From Candidatus Algichlamydia australiensis (GTDB taxonomy: Bacteria > Chlamydiota > Chlamydiia > Chlamydiales > JAJFMI01): a stretch of 64,000 bases of DNA. The stretch is from positions 416,001-480,000 of the forward strand of contig JAXCHI010000004.1 of the NCBI GenBank assembly GCA_033977065.1, given 5' to 3'. The notes below the pieces were generated by a model. That model did no database searches. It worked only from the letters and a program-made list of their open reading frames with translations, and was not told the DNA's origin. The translations under genes were made by a program, and so were the position numbers. Of the stretch, positions 46,812-56,891 are shown one piece after another; position 1 is the first letter of the stretch, and each line of letters starts with the position of its first letter.

Positions 46812-47876
46812 TTATTTTACACAAGGCTTAATTATAGCACCGCCGAGACAGCGGGCTCCATCGTAGAAAACGATAGATTGACCAGGAGTAACAGCTCTTT
46901 GAGGTTTTTCAAATTTTGCAATAAGTTGCTCTCCGCTAGAGTCTAAAGTACAGGGAGAATCTTCCTGGCGGTAGCGGATTTTTGCCGTGCAGCTAAACGG
47001 GAAGTTGGGGGCTGTGCCAGCGATCCAAAAAGCGTCACTTGCGACTACTTTGCTTTGGAAGAGGGCAGGATGATTTTCACCTTGTACGAGATAGACAGTA
47101 TTCTCTTCGTGCGCCTTATCGGCAACAAACCAAGCCTCTCCGGGTCCGCCGATGCCTAACCCTTTGCGCTGGCCAATTGTGTAGAGATGTGATCCTTCGT
47201 GCTGACCTAAAACTTTTCCTTCTAAAGTTTTAAATGGTCCCGGCTTTGGTTTGAGGTACTGAGAGAGAAAGGGGCGAAATGCGCGTTTGCCAATGAAGCA
47301 GATACCGGTGCTATCTTTTTTCGCATGGGTGTAGAGATTATGCTCCCTAGCAATTTTACGTACCTCAGGCTTTGGGAGGTGGCCAATAGGAAAGAGAGTG
47401 TCTCCTAATTTTTCATGGGAGACAGCGTGTAAAAAGTAGGATTGGTCTTTGTTGGGGTCAAACCCTTTTAAAAGAGTGGTTCTGCCATCTGTTTCCCCAA
47501 TTTGACAATAGTGACCCGTAGCCAGTTTATCAGCTCCCAGACGTTTTGCCTTTTCTAGAAGATGGGAAAATTTAATTTGGCGATTGCAGAGAATATCTGG
47601 GTTAGGAGTGACTCCTTTGGCAAAGCCATCAAGGCACTCAGAAAAGACTTCATCCCAGTACTCTTTTGTAAAATTTACTGTATAGTAGGGAATGCCAATC
47701 TGTTCACAGACGCGTGCCATATCGGCGTAATCTGCCTCTGCTGGGCAATCTTCGCCCTCTTCCCAGTTGCGCATGAAGAGACCAAAAACCTCATATCCCT
47801 GCTCTTTTAAGAGCAAAGCGCTAACTGAGGAGTCAACCCCACCAGACATTCCAACTGCTACTATTGGTTTTTTCAT
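46812..47876 (-). CDS. mnmA: tRNA 2-thiouridylase
   Basis: GMSGGVDSS, TPNPDILCN, ATGHY, KDQSYFL, DSTGICFIG, PGQ. Confidence 0.97.
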   Translation of the reverse strand: MKKPIVAVGMSGGVDSSVSALLLKEQGYEVFGLFMRNWEEGEDCPAEADYADMARVCEQIGIPYYTVNFTKEYWDEVFSECLDGFAKGVTPNPDILCNRQIKFSHLLEKAKRLGADKLATGHYCQIGETDGRTTLLKGFDPNKDQSYFLHAVSHEKLGDTLFPIGHLPKPEVRKIAREHNLYTHAKKDSTGICFIGKRAFRPFLSQYLKPKPGPFKTLEGKVLGQHEGSHLYTIGQRKGLGIGGPGEAWFVADKAHEENTVYLVQGENHPALFQSKVVASDAFWIAGTAPNFPFSCTAKIRYRQEDSPCTLDSSGEQLIAKFEKPQRAVTPGQSIVFYDGARCLGGAIIKPCVK

Positions 47877-47935
47877 TCCAATATTTTACACGTGATACTC
47901 TTTCCAAACAAACAGTAAAATATTATTTTAATTTT

Positions 47936-50368
47936 ATGGCTCCATTCGTCTCTTGCTACCGCCTTCAGCTCAATCCCTACTTTCCATTTCGAAAGGCGCA
48001 GCACTACTTGCCCTACTTTGGGGCTCTTGGCGTCGATGCTCTCTATCTAAGTCCCATCATGCGCCCGATGCCAGGTAGCATGCACGGGTATGATATCTGC
48101 TCGCCTCATGAGATCAATCCCGATCTTGGCACAGAAGAGGAATTTCGCAATTTTGCCACCGAATGCAAAAAACGCAACATCAAACTTTTGCTTGATGTTG
48201 TAGCCAACCACATGTCTGCCAGCTCCTACAACCCGTGGTGGCAAGATGTTTTAGAAAAAGGTCCTGACTCTCCGTTTGCCAATTATTTTGATATTAATTT
48301 TTCGCCCTTGCGAAAAGATTTGCAAAACAGAATTCTTCTTCCTATTTTGCGAAGCTCATTTGAAGAGGCTTTAGAAAAAGATATCGGGTTGCGCTATCGC
48401 GATGGCTGTTTTTTTATCACCGTCTACGAGTATGAATTTCCCATGCACCTAAGCTGTTATCAGCAATTTTTGCCTTGCGAATTTACAACAAAAGGTGATC
48501 TCAATCGCCTCGTACTACGCAAGCCTGATCTCTATGAACACATCGTGAACGCTCTCGCTTCTGCTGATAAGGAAGAAATTCTTTCCAAACAGGCCTATCT
48601 TTTGGCCATTTGGCAAGAGGGTCCGCAAGACATTAACTACCGGCGTTTTTTTGATATTAACGAGCTCGCTGCTGTTAAAGTTGAGCGCGCTGCCGTCTTT
48701 GATGACATACATAAAAAGCTTTTGGGATACCTCGATGAGGGAGTTGGGGCGGGGCTACGCATTGATCACCCCGATGGATTTTACGATCCCAAAGCCTACT
48801 TTAAAAAATTAGAAAAGTATTTTGTTGTCATAGAAAAAATCCTAGAAGAGGGGGAGGCACTTCCTAAAGAGTGGCCGGTTAACGGGACAGTTGGATATGA
48901 ATTTTTAAACGACCTTAACCATCTTTTTATTGATTGTGAAAATCGGGAGATTTTCGAAAAAATCTATCAGAAATTCACTGGAGAGAAAAAAAATCCCAAG
49001 GAGATGTTAATTGAGGCCAAACGCGAGTTTGCTCTGCTCTACATGACAAGTGAAGTAGACACTTTTGCTGCTCGTTTGGAGGGTGATACTACTCAAATCA
49101 AAAAAGAGCTTGTTGAGTTAATTGCCCGCTTTCCCTGTTATCGCACCTATGTTGATGAGGTGTGGCGTGATGAAGATCGCAAAACATTTGAGAAAATTTT
49201 TTCGGAAATCGATGCTCCGCTCTTGCAAAAGATTTTGCTTAACCCAGAAAATAGCGAGCATGTGCGTCGTCTGCAGCAATTGACACCTCCTATTGTTGCA
49301 AAAGGGCTTGAAGATACATTTTGTTATCGCTACTTTCGCTTCATCTCTGCCAACGAAGTAGGTGGGAATCCCACTCGCTTCGGTTTATCAAAAGAAGAAT
49401 TTCATGTGCGCAATCAAAAACGCTCTATACAAGGGCTGCTCACTAGCTCTACTCACGATACAAAGCGCTCAGAAGATGTACGTTACCGTCTTGATGTCTT
49501 ATCCGAAATGCCAAAAGTTTGGGAAAGAAAGGTTACAGAGTGGTCTAAAATCAACCAGCAATATAAAAGTGTTCTTGGTCCTGAGCCTAATCTAGAATAC
49601 TTTATTTACCAGACGCTTGTTGGCGCTTGGCCTCACGGCGAAATGGACGATCCAGAAGTTTTTCTCACTCGCATGAGGAACTACTTTTACAAAGCGATTC
49701 GTGAAGCCAAAATTCACACCAACTGGATCAATCACAACGATAATTATGAGAATGCGATTACCAATTTCCTTATTCACATTTTGGACCAAAAAAAGAATGG
49801 GCGTTTTTTTAAGAGCTTTATCCCATTTATAGAGATGATCCGGCCACTTGGTCAGCTAAATAGCCTTTCAGCGCTTGCTATCAAAATTGCGAGTCCGGGC
49901 ATTATGGAGACCTATCAAGGCTTAGAATTTTGGGACGATAGTCTGGTTGATCCCGACAACCGCCGCTTAGTGGATTTTTCGATACGCCAAGAGACCTTGC
50001 AGAATCATCCGCCTCAAAAAATGCATATGCTTCGCTGTGGGCTTCATTTGCGAAAAGCAGCACCTAAACTTTTTACAGAGGGAGAGTATATCCCCATTGC
50101 TATCAGAGGTCCCCTTGAAAAGCACCTCATCGCCTTTAAGCGAAAATACCAAGAGAAGGAGCTAGTCTGCATTGCAGCCCGTTTTTTCCATGCTCTCGGT
50201 AAACCTCCTGTTGGCGCAACTTGGGAAGAAAATTTCTTGCAATTAGATTCCCCACTTGCGGGAAAAGAGCTATTTACTGGTAAAAGGAAAGAAGGAACCC
50301 AAATTCAAACCCTGCTTGCTGAGAACTCAGTAGCACTGATCCCAAATTTTGAGGTAAAAATCGCGTGA
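47936..50368 (+). CDS. treY: Malto-oligosyltrehalose synthase
   Basis: YRLQL, SMHGYD, DVVANHM, INYRRFFDI, LRIDHPDG, EKIL, STHDTKRSED, SLVDPDNRR. Confidence 0.95.
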   Translation: MAPFVSCYRLQLNPYFPFRKAQHYLPYFGALGVDALYLSPIMRPMPGSMHGYDICSPHEINPDLGTEEEFRNFATECKKRNIKLLLDVVANHMSASSYNPWWQDVLEKGPDSPFANYFDINFSPLRKDLQNRILLPILRSSFEEALEKDIGLRYRDGCFFITVYEYEFPMHLSCYQQFLPCEFTTKGDLNRLVLRKPDLYEHIVNALASADKEEILSKQAYLLAIWQEGPQDINYRRFFDINELAAVKVERAAVFDDIHKKLLGYLDEGVGAGLRIDHPDGFYDPKAYFKKLEKYFVVIEKILEEGEALPKEWPVNGTVGYEFLNDLNHLFIDCENREIFEKIYQKFTGEKKNPKEMLIEAKREFALLYMTSEVDTFAARLEGDTTQIKKELVELIARFPCYRTYVDEVWRDEDRKTFEKIFSEIDAPLLQKILLNPENSEHVRRLQQLTPPIVAKGLEDTFCYRYFRFISANEVGGNPTRFGLSKEEFHVRNQKRSIQGLLTSSTHDTKRSEDVRYRLDVLSEMPKVWERKVTEWSKINQQYKSVLGPEPNLEYFIYQTLVGAWPHGEMDDPEVFLTRMRNYFYKAIREAKIHTNWINHNDNYENAITNFLIHILDQKKNGRFFKSFIPFIEMIRPLGQLNSLSALAIKIASPGIMETYQGLEFWDDSLVDPDNRRLVDFSIRQETLQNHPPQKMHMLRCGLHLRKAAPKLFTEGEYIPIAIRGPLEKHLIAFKRKYQEKELVCIAARFFHALGKPPVGATWEENFLQLDSPLAGKELFTGKRKEGTQIQTLLAENSVALIPNFEVKIA

Positions 50369-51021
50369 AAGAAGTGACGATTAAAACAAAAGAGAGTTCT
50401 ATTAAGGCCTTTTTTTCAAACCCGCCTCTTTCGCGTGGTTTAGTTATTTTCATTCACGGTAAAGGGGAGTCGCGCTTTTCTGAACGTGAACAGTTTATGG
50501 CGCGCACTCTAGAAAAGGGGGGGATCGGCTACCTTCTCTTTGATCTTCTTTCTGATGAGGAAGAGCGAGAAGATATGGAAACAGAAAAATACTCCAAAAA
50601 CCTTCCATTTCTTACAGAGCGTGTTCTTGCTGCTACTCGGTGGGTGAAAGAGCAAGAAGAGCTCAAAAGTTTGCCGCTTGGATATTGCGGGATTGGATCG
50701 GGATCAGCTGCAGCCCTTTGTGCTACGGCGATCGAGCCCTCTATTAAAGCTCTTGTTCTTCGAGGTGCGAGCAGCGAGCCTACTGAAAGCGTTCTTGAAA
50801 ATATTCACTGCCCAACTCTTTTGCTTGTTGGAGGTAGAGATGATCAAAACCGCCCCCTTAATGAAAAAATATTTGAAATCCTCACTTGTAAAAAGGATTT
50901 AAAGCTCATCGGAGGGGTAGCAGGCAAGTTTGAAGAGATGGGGGCGATCGAGATTGTCTCTCTTCGCGCGTATAACTGGTTTGTTGTCCACTTTGGTATT
51001 CCGGGATTAGGGAGGGACTGA
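50365..51021 (+). CDS. Dienelactone hydrolase-like alpha/beta protein (catalytic motif degenerate)
   Basis: FIHG..SRFS.R, FDLL, PTLLLVGGRD; nucleophile elbow reads GIGSG. Confidence 0.7.
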   Translation: MKEVTIKTKESSIKAFFSNPPLSRGLVIFIHGKGESRFSEREQFMARTLEKGGIGYLLFDLLSDEEEREDMETEKYSKNLPFLTERVLAATRWVKEQEELKSLPLGYCGIGSGSAAALCATAIEPSIKALVLRGASSEPTESVLENIHCPTLLLVGGRDDQNRPLNEKIFEILTCKKDLKLIGGVAGKFEEMGAIEIVSLRAYNWFVVHFGIPGLGRD

Positions 51022-51174
51022 ACAACTCAGACTTTTCGATTAAATTAAAAAAACACTTACCTTTTTCCTTAACTCTTTTTCATGTAAAATAAAAACAAAT
51101 AAATTCTAAATGGATATAATTTTTATTTATATAAATTGTAATGTCTATTTAGCTTCTGTGAGGTTTAAGTAATT

Positions 51175-51501
51175 ATGATAAACTCAACATTACAATTTGC
51201 GAATCAATATAGATACTTCATTGGTGGTTCTGCTTTTGCAGGCACTCTTTTTGGAATTAAGCTGGGATTAAAATCTGCTGAAGGGAAGCTCGCTGCTGGG
51301 AAAGAGGTTTTTGAAAAATTCTCTCATATTAAAGAAATTTCTTATCAAAAACATGTTGCCGATAAATCAGGAATTTTGGGCCATAAAACTAAGATCAAGC
51401 TTACAGAAGTAGCTCAATGGTCTGCTGGGGCTACAGCAGCTGGGGCTGTTGTAGGGGTTGTAGTCTCTTTAGCGACCCATGCTTTTAAAAATTACAAATA
51501 A
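51175..51501 (+). CDS. Small hypothetical membrane protein
   Basis: Two hydrophobic segments, GAGG RBS. Confidence 0.55.
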   Translation: MINSTLQFANQYRYFIGGSAFAGTLFGIKLGLKSAEGKLAAGKEVFEKFSHIKEISYQKHVADKSGILGHKTKIKLTEVAQWSAGATAAGAVVGVVVSLATHAFKNYK

Positions 51502-51585
51502 TAATTATAATATTTTTTGTCTTTTATTTTATTAACAATCATTGTATAATTAGTGTATTATTAATTTAACCTTATAGGTAGAACA

Positions 51586-51963
51586 ATGATTACGGAGTTT
51601 AGTTGGACAGAAGTTGCAAGAGGGATTGTAACAGACAAGTTTAATACAGCAAAAGAAGCTGTAATGAACAACAAAGGAAGAGTAGCAGCAGCTGCAGTAG
51701 CAGTACCATCTGCAATTTTTGCAACAGTGGTTGGAGCAAGAGAAGTCAGTTCTTATAGAGCAACAGGCAGCATGACTCCAAAAATGAAAAGAAGTATTCA
51801 ACTATTGCAAAAAGGTTTTCAAGCAGCAAAGAATGTGGATCCAACAACAAGAAATGCAGTATTAGCAGGAACAGCCCTGGTTGTAGTCCTACTAGCAGGG
51901 GTGATGTTGATCGAAAACCATTTCTCAAAAATAGATTTTAGAAATGATATGCCGAGTAAGTAA
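51586..51963 (+). CDS. Small hypothetical membrane protein
   Basis: Two hydrophobic segments. Confidence 0.55.
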   Translation: MITEFSWTEVARGIVTDKFNTAKEAVMNNKGRVAAAAVAVPSAIFATVVGAREVSSYRATGSMTPKMKRSIQLLQKGFQAAKNVDPTTRNAVLAGTALVVVLLAGVMLIENHFSKIDFRNDMPSK

Positions 51964-52051
51964 ATAAGAGTTAAGTCTTCTAACGTTGAGTTAAAGCACG
52001 TTGCAGAGACTTATTTAAAATAAATAGTAAACTCTATTTATAGAATTTCAG

Positions 52052-52088
52052 AAAAGCCCTTAGATCTTTTGATCTAAAGGCTTTTTTT
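52052..52088 (+). terminator. Rho-independent terminator, possibly bidirectional
   Basis: AAAAGCCCTTAGATC-TTTT-GATCTAAAGGC-TTTTTTT between convergent genes. Confidence 0.75.
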
Positions 52089-52097
52089 ATGTTTTAG

Positions 52098-52436
52098 ATA
52101 GTGTCGTCAAAAGCTCTGTACTGGACAAAAATTTTGCCAAGAGGAGCAAAGCGAGCCAAAATCAAATCGAAGCAGCAGCGTTTCGAGCGACGAGTCCATA
52201 GCCCATAGTGCTATGGACGAGGAGGAGAATCGATTTGATAAAGGCGCAGCTCTCCCATTGGTGAAATTTTTGTCCAGTACAGAGCGTCAAAAGGCTATAA
52301 TCAGATTATTTTTCATGTTTGCAGCTTATTTTTATGCGGAAATTGAAGCTGAATTTGTAAATTCCGCTTCATTTGAGCACAAAAATGGAGCCCAAACATG
52401 AAAAATAAGATGGTTGTATGCTTTTGACGATGCTAT
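52098..52436 (+). mobile_element. Family C MITE (C2, 159 bp net) hosting a nested D element
   Basis: ATAGTGTCGTCAAAAG ... CTTTTGACGATGCTAT; flanks TTAG and CTAG; inverted relative to C1. Confidence 0.9.
52114..52284. mobile_element. Family D MITE, 171 bp, IS4-like ends, 9-bp target duplication
   Basis: 21-bp perfect TIR CTCTGTACTGGACAAAAATTT; CGTCAAAAG duplicated at 52105-52113 and 52285-52293. Confidence 0.93.
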
Positions 52437-53323
52437 CTAGGGATCGTTTTTTTTGTAATGATTGTGATGAGCCCCATAAGTATGAGCGCAAATCCGACGT
52501 AGGCGATTGGGCTAAGGATTTCGTTTAGAAAGATCACACCGAGGTTAATGCTGATGATGGGGAAGATGAGAGTGCTGAGGGAGAGATAGGTAGCACCCGC
52601 TTTTTGCACGAGCTGGTAGTAAAAATAGAAAGCAGTAGCCGTTCCAATAACAGCGAGTCCAAGGACGCCGAAAATGCTGATGGCAGGAGGTGAGTGGGGC
52701 AAAGGAGCGAAAAGGAGCGCAAGTGGCAAGAGAGTAATTGAGGAGAAGAAGAGTTGCCAAGTAGGGGCCACAAGGCCAGGAACGCGCGTAAGGTGGCGGC
52801 GGCCATAGACCATTCCTATGGCGTAGCAGATGGCAGCGCCGATCATCAAGATGACTCCAAATGTAGAGCCGTATCTTGCTTGCAGGAGACTGGGCAACAT
52901 GACCAAGACTAGACCGATAAAACCTAAAGAAATTCCTAAGGTTTTGACCCAGCTAATGCGCTCATCGTGAATGAAGAAGTGCGCAAAGATGGTAACAAAG
53001 ATAGGAGCAGAGCCATTAATAATCGCAGCTAAGGAACTGGAGATGTAAATTTCGGAATAGGCAATAAGAGAGAAGGGGATTGCATTTGCAAAGAGCCCCA
53101 TAATAAAAAAATGTTTCCAGTAGCCGCGCCACTCCATGAGGTTGCGTTTGCGAATCCAAACAATTGGCAGAAGGAAGAGGCAGCCAAGAGTCAGGCGGAG
53201 CCAGACAATCATAAAGGGATGAAATCCTTCCAGGGCAAATTTAATGAACATATAGGAGGGGCCCCAGCAAAAACTGAGCCCAAAAAGTAGGAGTAAATGT
53301 TGTACTTCGATGCGTCCTTTCAT
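52433..53323 (-). CDS. EamA/DMT-family transporter
   Basis: Ten TMs, WG....IK motif, two EamA repeats. Confidence 0.9.
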   Translation of the reverse strand: MKGRIEVQHLLLLFGLSFCWGPSYMFIKFALEGFHPFMIVWLRLTLGCLFLLPIVWIRKRNLMEWRGYWKHFFIMGLFANAIPFSLIAYSEIYISSSLAAIINGSAPIFVTIFAHFFIHDERISWVKTLGISLGFIGLVLVMLPSLLQARYGSTFGVILMIGAAICYAIGMVYGRRHLTRVPGLVAPTWQLFFSSITLLPLALLFAPLPHSPPAISIFGVLGLAVIGTATAFYFYYQLVQKAGATYLSLSTLIFPIISINLGVIFLNEILSPIAYVGFALILMGLITIITKKTIPR

Positions 53324-53363
53324 ATCTCTAGCGTGATAACAGCCCTCATGTTAAAAGAAAACT

Positions 53364-55997
53364 ATGAATCCTGAAGAAAAGCGACTCGCCGAAAATCAAG
53401 GCGAAATTCCCCCGTGGCACAAATGGGGTCCCTATGTCTCAGAGCGCTCATGGGGCACAGTCCGCGAAGACTATAGCGAAAATGGCGACTCGTGGAACTA
53501 TCTCTGCCATGATAAGGCGCGCTCCAAAGCGTACAGATGGGGCGAAGATGGGATCGCCGGCATCTGTGACCGCTATCAGGTCCTGGTTCTCTCGTTTGCC
53601 TTTTGGAATGGCAAGGACCCCATTTTAAAAGAACGCCTTTTTGGTCTCAATACAAATGAAGGAAATCATGGAGAAGATGTAAAGGAAGTCTATTACTATT
53701 TGGATTCTACTCCCACGCACTCCTATATGAAATTCCTTTATAAGTACCCACAAAGTGAGTTTCCCTATAAAAAATTATTAGAAGAAAATCAGAAGCGCGG
53801 ACTTGAAGAGCTCGAATATGAGCTTGTTGATACGGGTGCTTTTGATGATGATCGCTATTTTGATATTTTTATTGAGATTGCCAAAGAGAGTGAAGAGGAT
53901 ATTTGCTACCGTATAGAGATCTGCAATCGCGCAAATGAAGAGGCGAAGCTGCACTTTTTACCCCAGCTGCTCTTTCGTAATACCTGGAGCTGGCACAAGA
54001 AAAAACCGCGGCCCAAAATTGTGTGCGGAAAAGAGGGGGAGCTTGTTGCTGATGACTCTGCTTGCGATCCGCTACCTCTATTAAATTTTCCCTATAGTAT
54101 TGGTAAGCGCTTCTTGGCAAGCGATGGAAAAGCTACCCCAATTTTCACGCATAATGAGACGCATGAGGAGCTTTTTTCTGGAGGGCAGAGCGCAAGTCCC
54201 TATGTTAAAGATGCCTTTCATCGTCACATCATTGATGGGGAGGCGTGCATCAACCCTAAAAAAGAGGGGACAAAAGCAGCTCTTCACTATGAAGAGATCT
54301 CCATTCCAGCGAAGGGGTCGAAAGTTCTCTACTTTCGTTTAAGTGATAAAGAAGGTGCTGGAGTTGCCGATGTAGAAAAAATTGTTACGATGCGCAAAAA
54401 AGAGGCGGATGAGTATTACGAAAATATCCATCCTCAAGGCGCTTCTGATGAAGAGAAGAGTATACAGAGGCAAGCCTTAGCTGGCATGTCGATAAGTAAA
54501 CAAATCTATTTACTTGATGTGAACCGCTGGCTTGTGGGGGACGATCCTAGTCACCCACCTCCTGATAGCCGGAGATCTATTCGTAATATTCACTGGAGAC
54601 ACCTGATTTCCAAGCGAATTCTTTCGATGCCTGATAAGTGGGAATACCCCTGGTTTGCAGCGTGGGATCTCGCCTTTCATACCATAGCTCTTGCCCTTAC
54701 CGATATGGAATTTGCCAAAGAGCAGCTCTGGCTTCTGCTCTTTGATCAATTTCAACATCCCAATGGACAGATTCCCGCCTATGAGTGGGAGTTTTCTGAG
54801 CTCAACCCCCCTGTTCAAGCGTGGGCTGCCTATAGACTCTATAAAATGGAAGAGAAGAGGACGGGAAAGGGCGATCTCTCATTTTTAAAAAAGTGCTATC
54901 ACAAACTCGTGATCAACTTTGTTTGGTGGGTAAATCGCGTTGACCGCCTTGGGAATAACGTCTTTGAAGGGGGCTTTTTAGGTCTCGATAACATTACCGT
55001 AATTGACCGTAGCGCAGAAATCCCCGGTGGTGGACGAATTGAGCAGTCGGATGGAACGGGCTGGATGGGAATGTTCTGCTTACTTCTTATGCGGATGGCC
55101 TTAGAGCTCTCAAAAAATGATTCCGATTATGAAGTGATGGCAACCAAATTTTTTGAGCACTATGTCTATATTGCAGCTGCGCTTGAAGCGTCTGAGACAC
55201 GTGAAGTGCAGATTTGGAGTGAAGAAGATGGCTTTTTCTACGATGTAATGAGCTATCCGGATGGCACACAAAAACGGATAATGGTCCACTCTCTTGTCGG
55301 TATCATCCCGCTCTATGCGATGGATTTTCTCTCAACAAGTGAGCTTTCCCAGTACAAAGAGTTTTCAAAAAACTTTCACTGGTTTATGAAAAATCGCAGT
55401 GATCTTACCTCTCGTTGCGTGACAGAAGTTGAAGTGAATGGAGAAAAAAAATATCTCCTTGCTCTAACTAAACTCGATAAGATCAAGCGCGTACTCTCTC
55501 GTGTTTACGATCCAGAGGAGTTTCGTTCAAATTATGGTCTGCGCAGCCTCTCTAAGTACCATGAAAAAAATCCTTATGAGATGTTAGGTAACTCGATTAC
55601 CTACGAGCCAGGCGAATCAATTGCGCGACTAAAAGGAGGCAACTCCAACTGGCGTGGTCCTGTCTGGTTTCCCACAAGCTTTCTTCTCATCGATGCATTA
55701 AAGATACTTGATGAACTGCTTGGTGATCAGGAAAAAGTCCCGTGCAAAGAGGGTGAGGTCTCTTTTCATGAGATGGCAGGAACTTTCTCAAGAGGTCTTA
55801 TCAACCTCTTTCGCCGCAACAAACAGGGTAAACGTCCGATTTATGGGGATTATGAGCGCTTTCAAAACGATCCACACTTCAAAGATTACCTGCTCTTTTT
55901 TGAGCACTATCATGGAGATACTGGCCGCGGTTTGGGTGCTTCGCACCAGACTGGCTGGAGTGGCCTTGTTGCCACCTTGATCGATGAATGGTGTTAA
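53364..55997 (+). CDS. GH63/MGH1-like glucosidase
   Basis: WGPYVSERSWGTVREDYS, MPDKWEYPWFAAWDLAFH, GGNSNWRGPVW, GASHQTGW. Confidence 0.92.
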   Translation: MNPEEKRLAENQGEIPPWHKWGPYVSERSWGTVREDYSENGDSWNYLCHDKARSKAYRWGEDGIAGICDRYQVLVLSFAFWNGKDPILKERLFGLNTNEGNHGEDVKEVYYYLDSTPTHSYMKFLYKYPQSEFPYKKLLEENQKRGLEELEYELVDTGAFDDDRYFDIFIEIAKESEEDICYRIEICNRANEEAKLHFLPQLLFRNTWSWHKKKPRPKIVCGKEGELVADDSACDPLPLLNFPYSIGKRFLASDGKATPIFTHNETHEELFSGGQSASPYVKDAFHRHIIDGEACINPKKEGTKAALHYEEISIPAKGSKVLYFRLSDKEGAGVADVEKIVTMRKKEADEYYENIHPQGASDEEKSIQRQALAGMSISKQIYLLDVNRWLVGDDPSHPPPDSRRSIRNIHWRHLISKRILSMPDKWEYPWFAAWDLAFHTIALALTDMEFAKEQLWLLLFDQFQHPNGQIPAYEWEFSELNPPVQAWAAYRLYKMEEKRTGKGDLSFLKKCYHKLVINFVWWVNRVDRLGNNVFEGGFLGLDNITVIDRSAEIPGGGRIEQSDGTGWMGMFCLLLMRMALELSKNDSDYEVMATKFFEHYVYIAAALEASETREVQIWSEEDGFFYDVMSYPDGTQKRIMVHSLVGIIPLYAMDFLSTSELSQYKEFSKNFHWFMKNRSDLTSRCVTEVEVNGEKKYLLALTKLDKIKRVLSRVYDPEEFRSNYGLRSLSKYHEKNPYEMLGNSITYEPGESIARLKGGNSNWRGPVWFPTSFLLIDALKILDELLGDQEKVPCKEGEVSFHEMAGTFSRGLINLFRRNKQGKRPIYGDYERFQNDPHFKDYLLFFEHYHGDTGRGLGASHQTGWSGLVATLIDEWC

Positions 55998-56048
55998 AAC
56001 TTCTTGTGTAATTGAAGAGTTTTTTCTACCCTTGTTGTCAGAGGTCTT

Positions 56049-56891
56049 ATGGAAAAAGTTTTAGAAAGAAAAACTGTTGGGAGATATCTCGACCCAACAA
56101 ACGATTTGGCATTTAAGAAAGTCTTCGGAACAGAAGAGCACAAGCCATCTTTGATTAGCTTTTTAAATGCGGTACTCAGCTTGGATGGTAATAAGAAAAT
56201 TACGTCTGTAGATTTTCTTCCAAAGGAGCAAATCCCCATTATCTCTGAAGGGAAATTTTCAGTTCTTGATGTAAAGTGTACAGATGAACTCGGGAATCAA
56301 TATATTATTGAGATGCAAAGCAGAGCAGTGAAAGATTTCACTAAACGCTCCCAGTACTATGCTTCCCATAGCTATGTGAGCCAAGGATTTTCGGGAAAGA
56401 GATTTGGAGAGCTAAGACCAGTTGTTTTTTTAGCAATTTTAGATCACCTTCTTTTCCCAGAAGATGATCATGTGATTAGTTGTCATCATACACTTGATGT
56501 GAAAACAAATTGTCATAGGCTAAAAGACATACGTTACTATTTTATTGAATTGCCGAAATTCAATAAAAATGAAAGTGAACTTGAAACGATTCAAGATCAA
56601 TGGATCTACTATTTCAAGAATTGGAACTGTGTTCGCGAAATACCTCCTTCTATTCATGATGAAGCTTTAATCGAAGCGTACCGTACTATAGAGAAATTTA
56701 ACTGGACAGTTGCGGAAATGGATGAATATGTCAAATCAAATTTGGCACGGGCAACTTACGAATATGAATTAGAAGAAGTTCGAATTAGGGAAAGGTTGGC
56801 AATTGCAAGGAAATTATTGAAGCTGGGTACGGCTATAAAAGATATAATGGATGCGACCGGCCTTTCTGAAGTGCAAATCAAGGAACTCTAA
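56049..56891 (+). CDS. Rpn-family / PD-(D/E)XK nuclease, copy 3
   Basis: DPTNDLAFKKVFG, LDVKC, IEMQ, FIELPKF. Confidence 0.9.
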   Translation: MEKVLERKTVGRYLDPTNDLAFKKVFGTEEHKPSLISFLNAVLSLDGNKKITSVDFLPKEQIPIISEGKFSVLDVKCTDELGNQYIIEMQSRAVKDFTKRSQYYASHSYVSQGFSGKRFGELRPVVFLAILDHLLFPEDDHVISCHHTLDVKTNCHRLKDIRYYFIELPKFNKNESELETIQDQWIYYFKNWNCVREIPPSIHDEALIEAYRTIEKFNWTVAEMDEYVKSNLARATYEYELEEVRIRERLAIARKLLKLGTAIKDIMDATGLSEVQIKEL

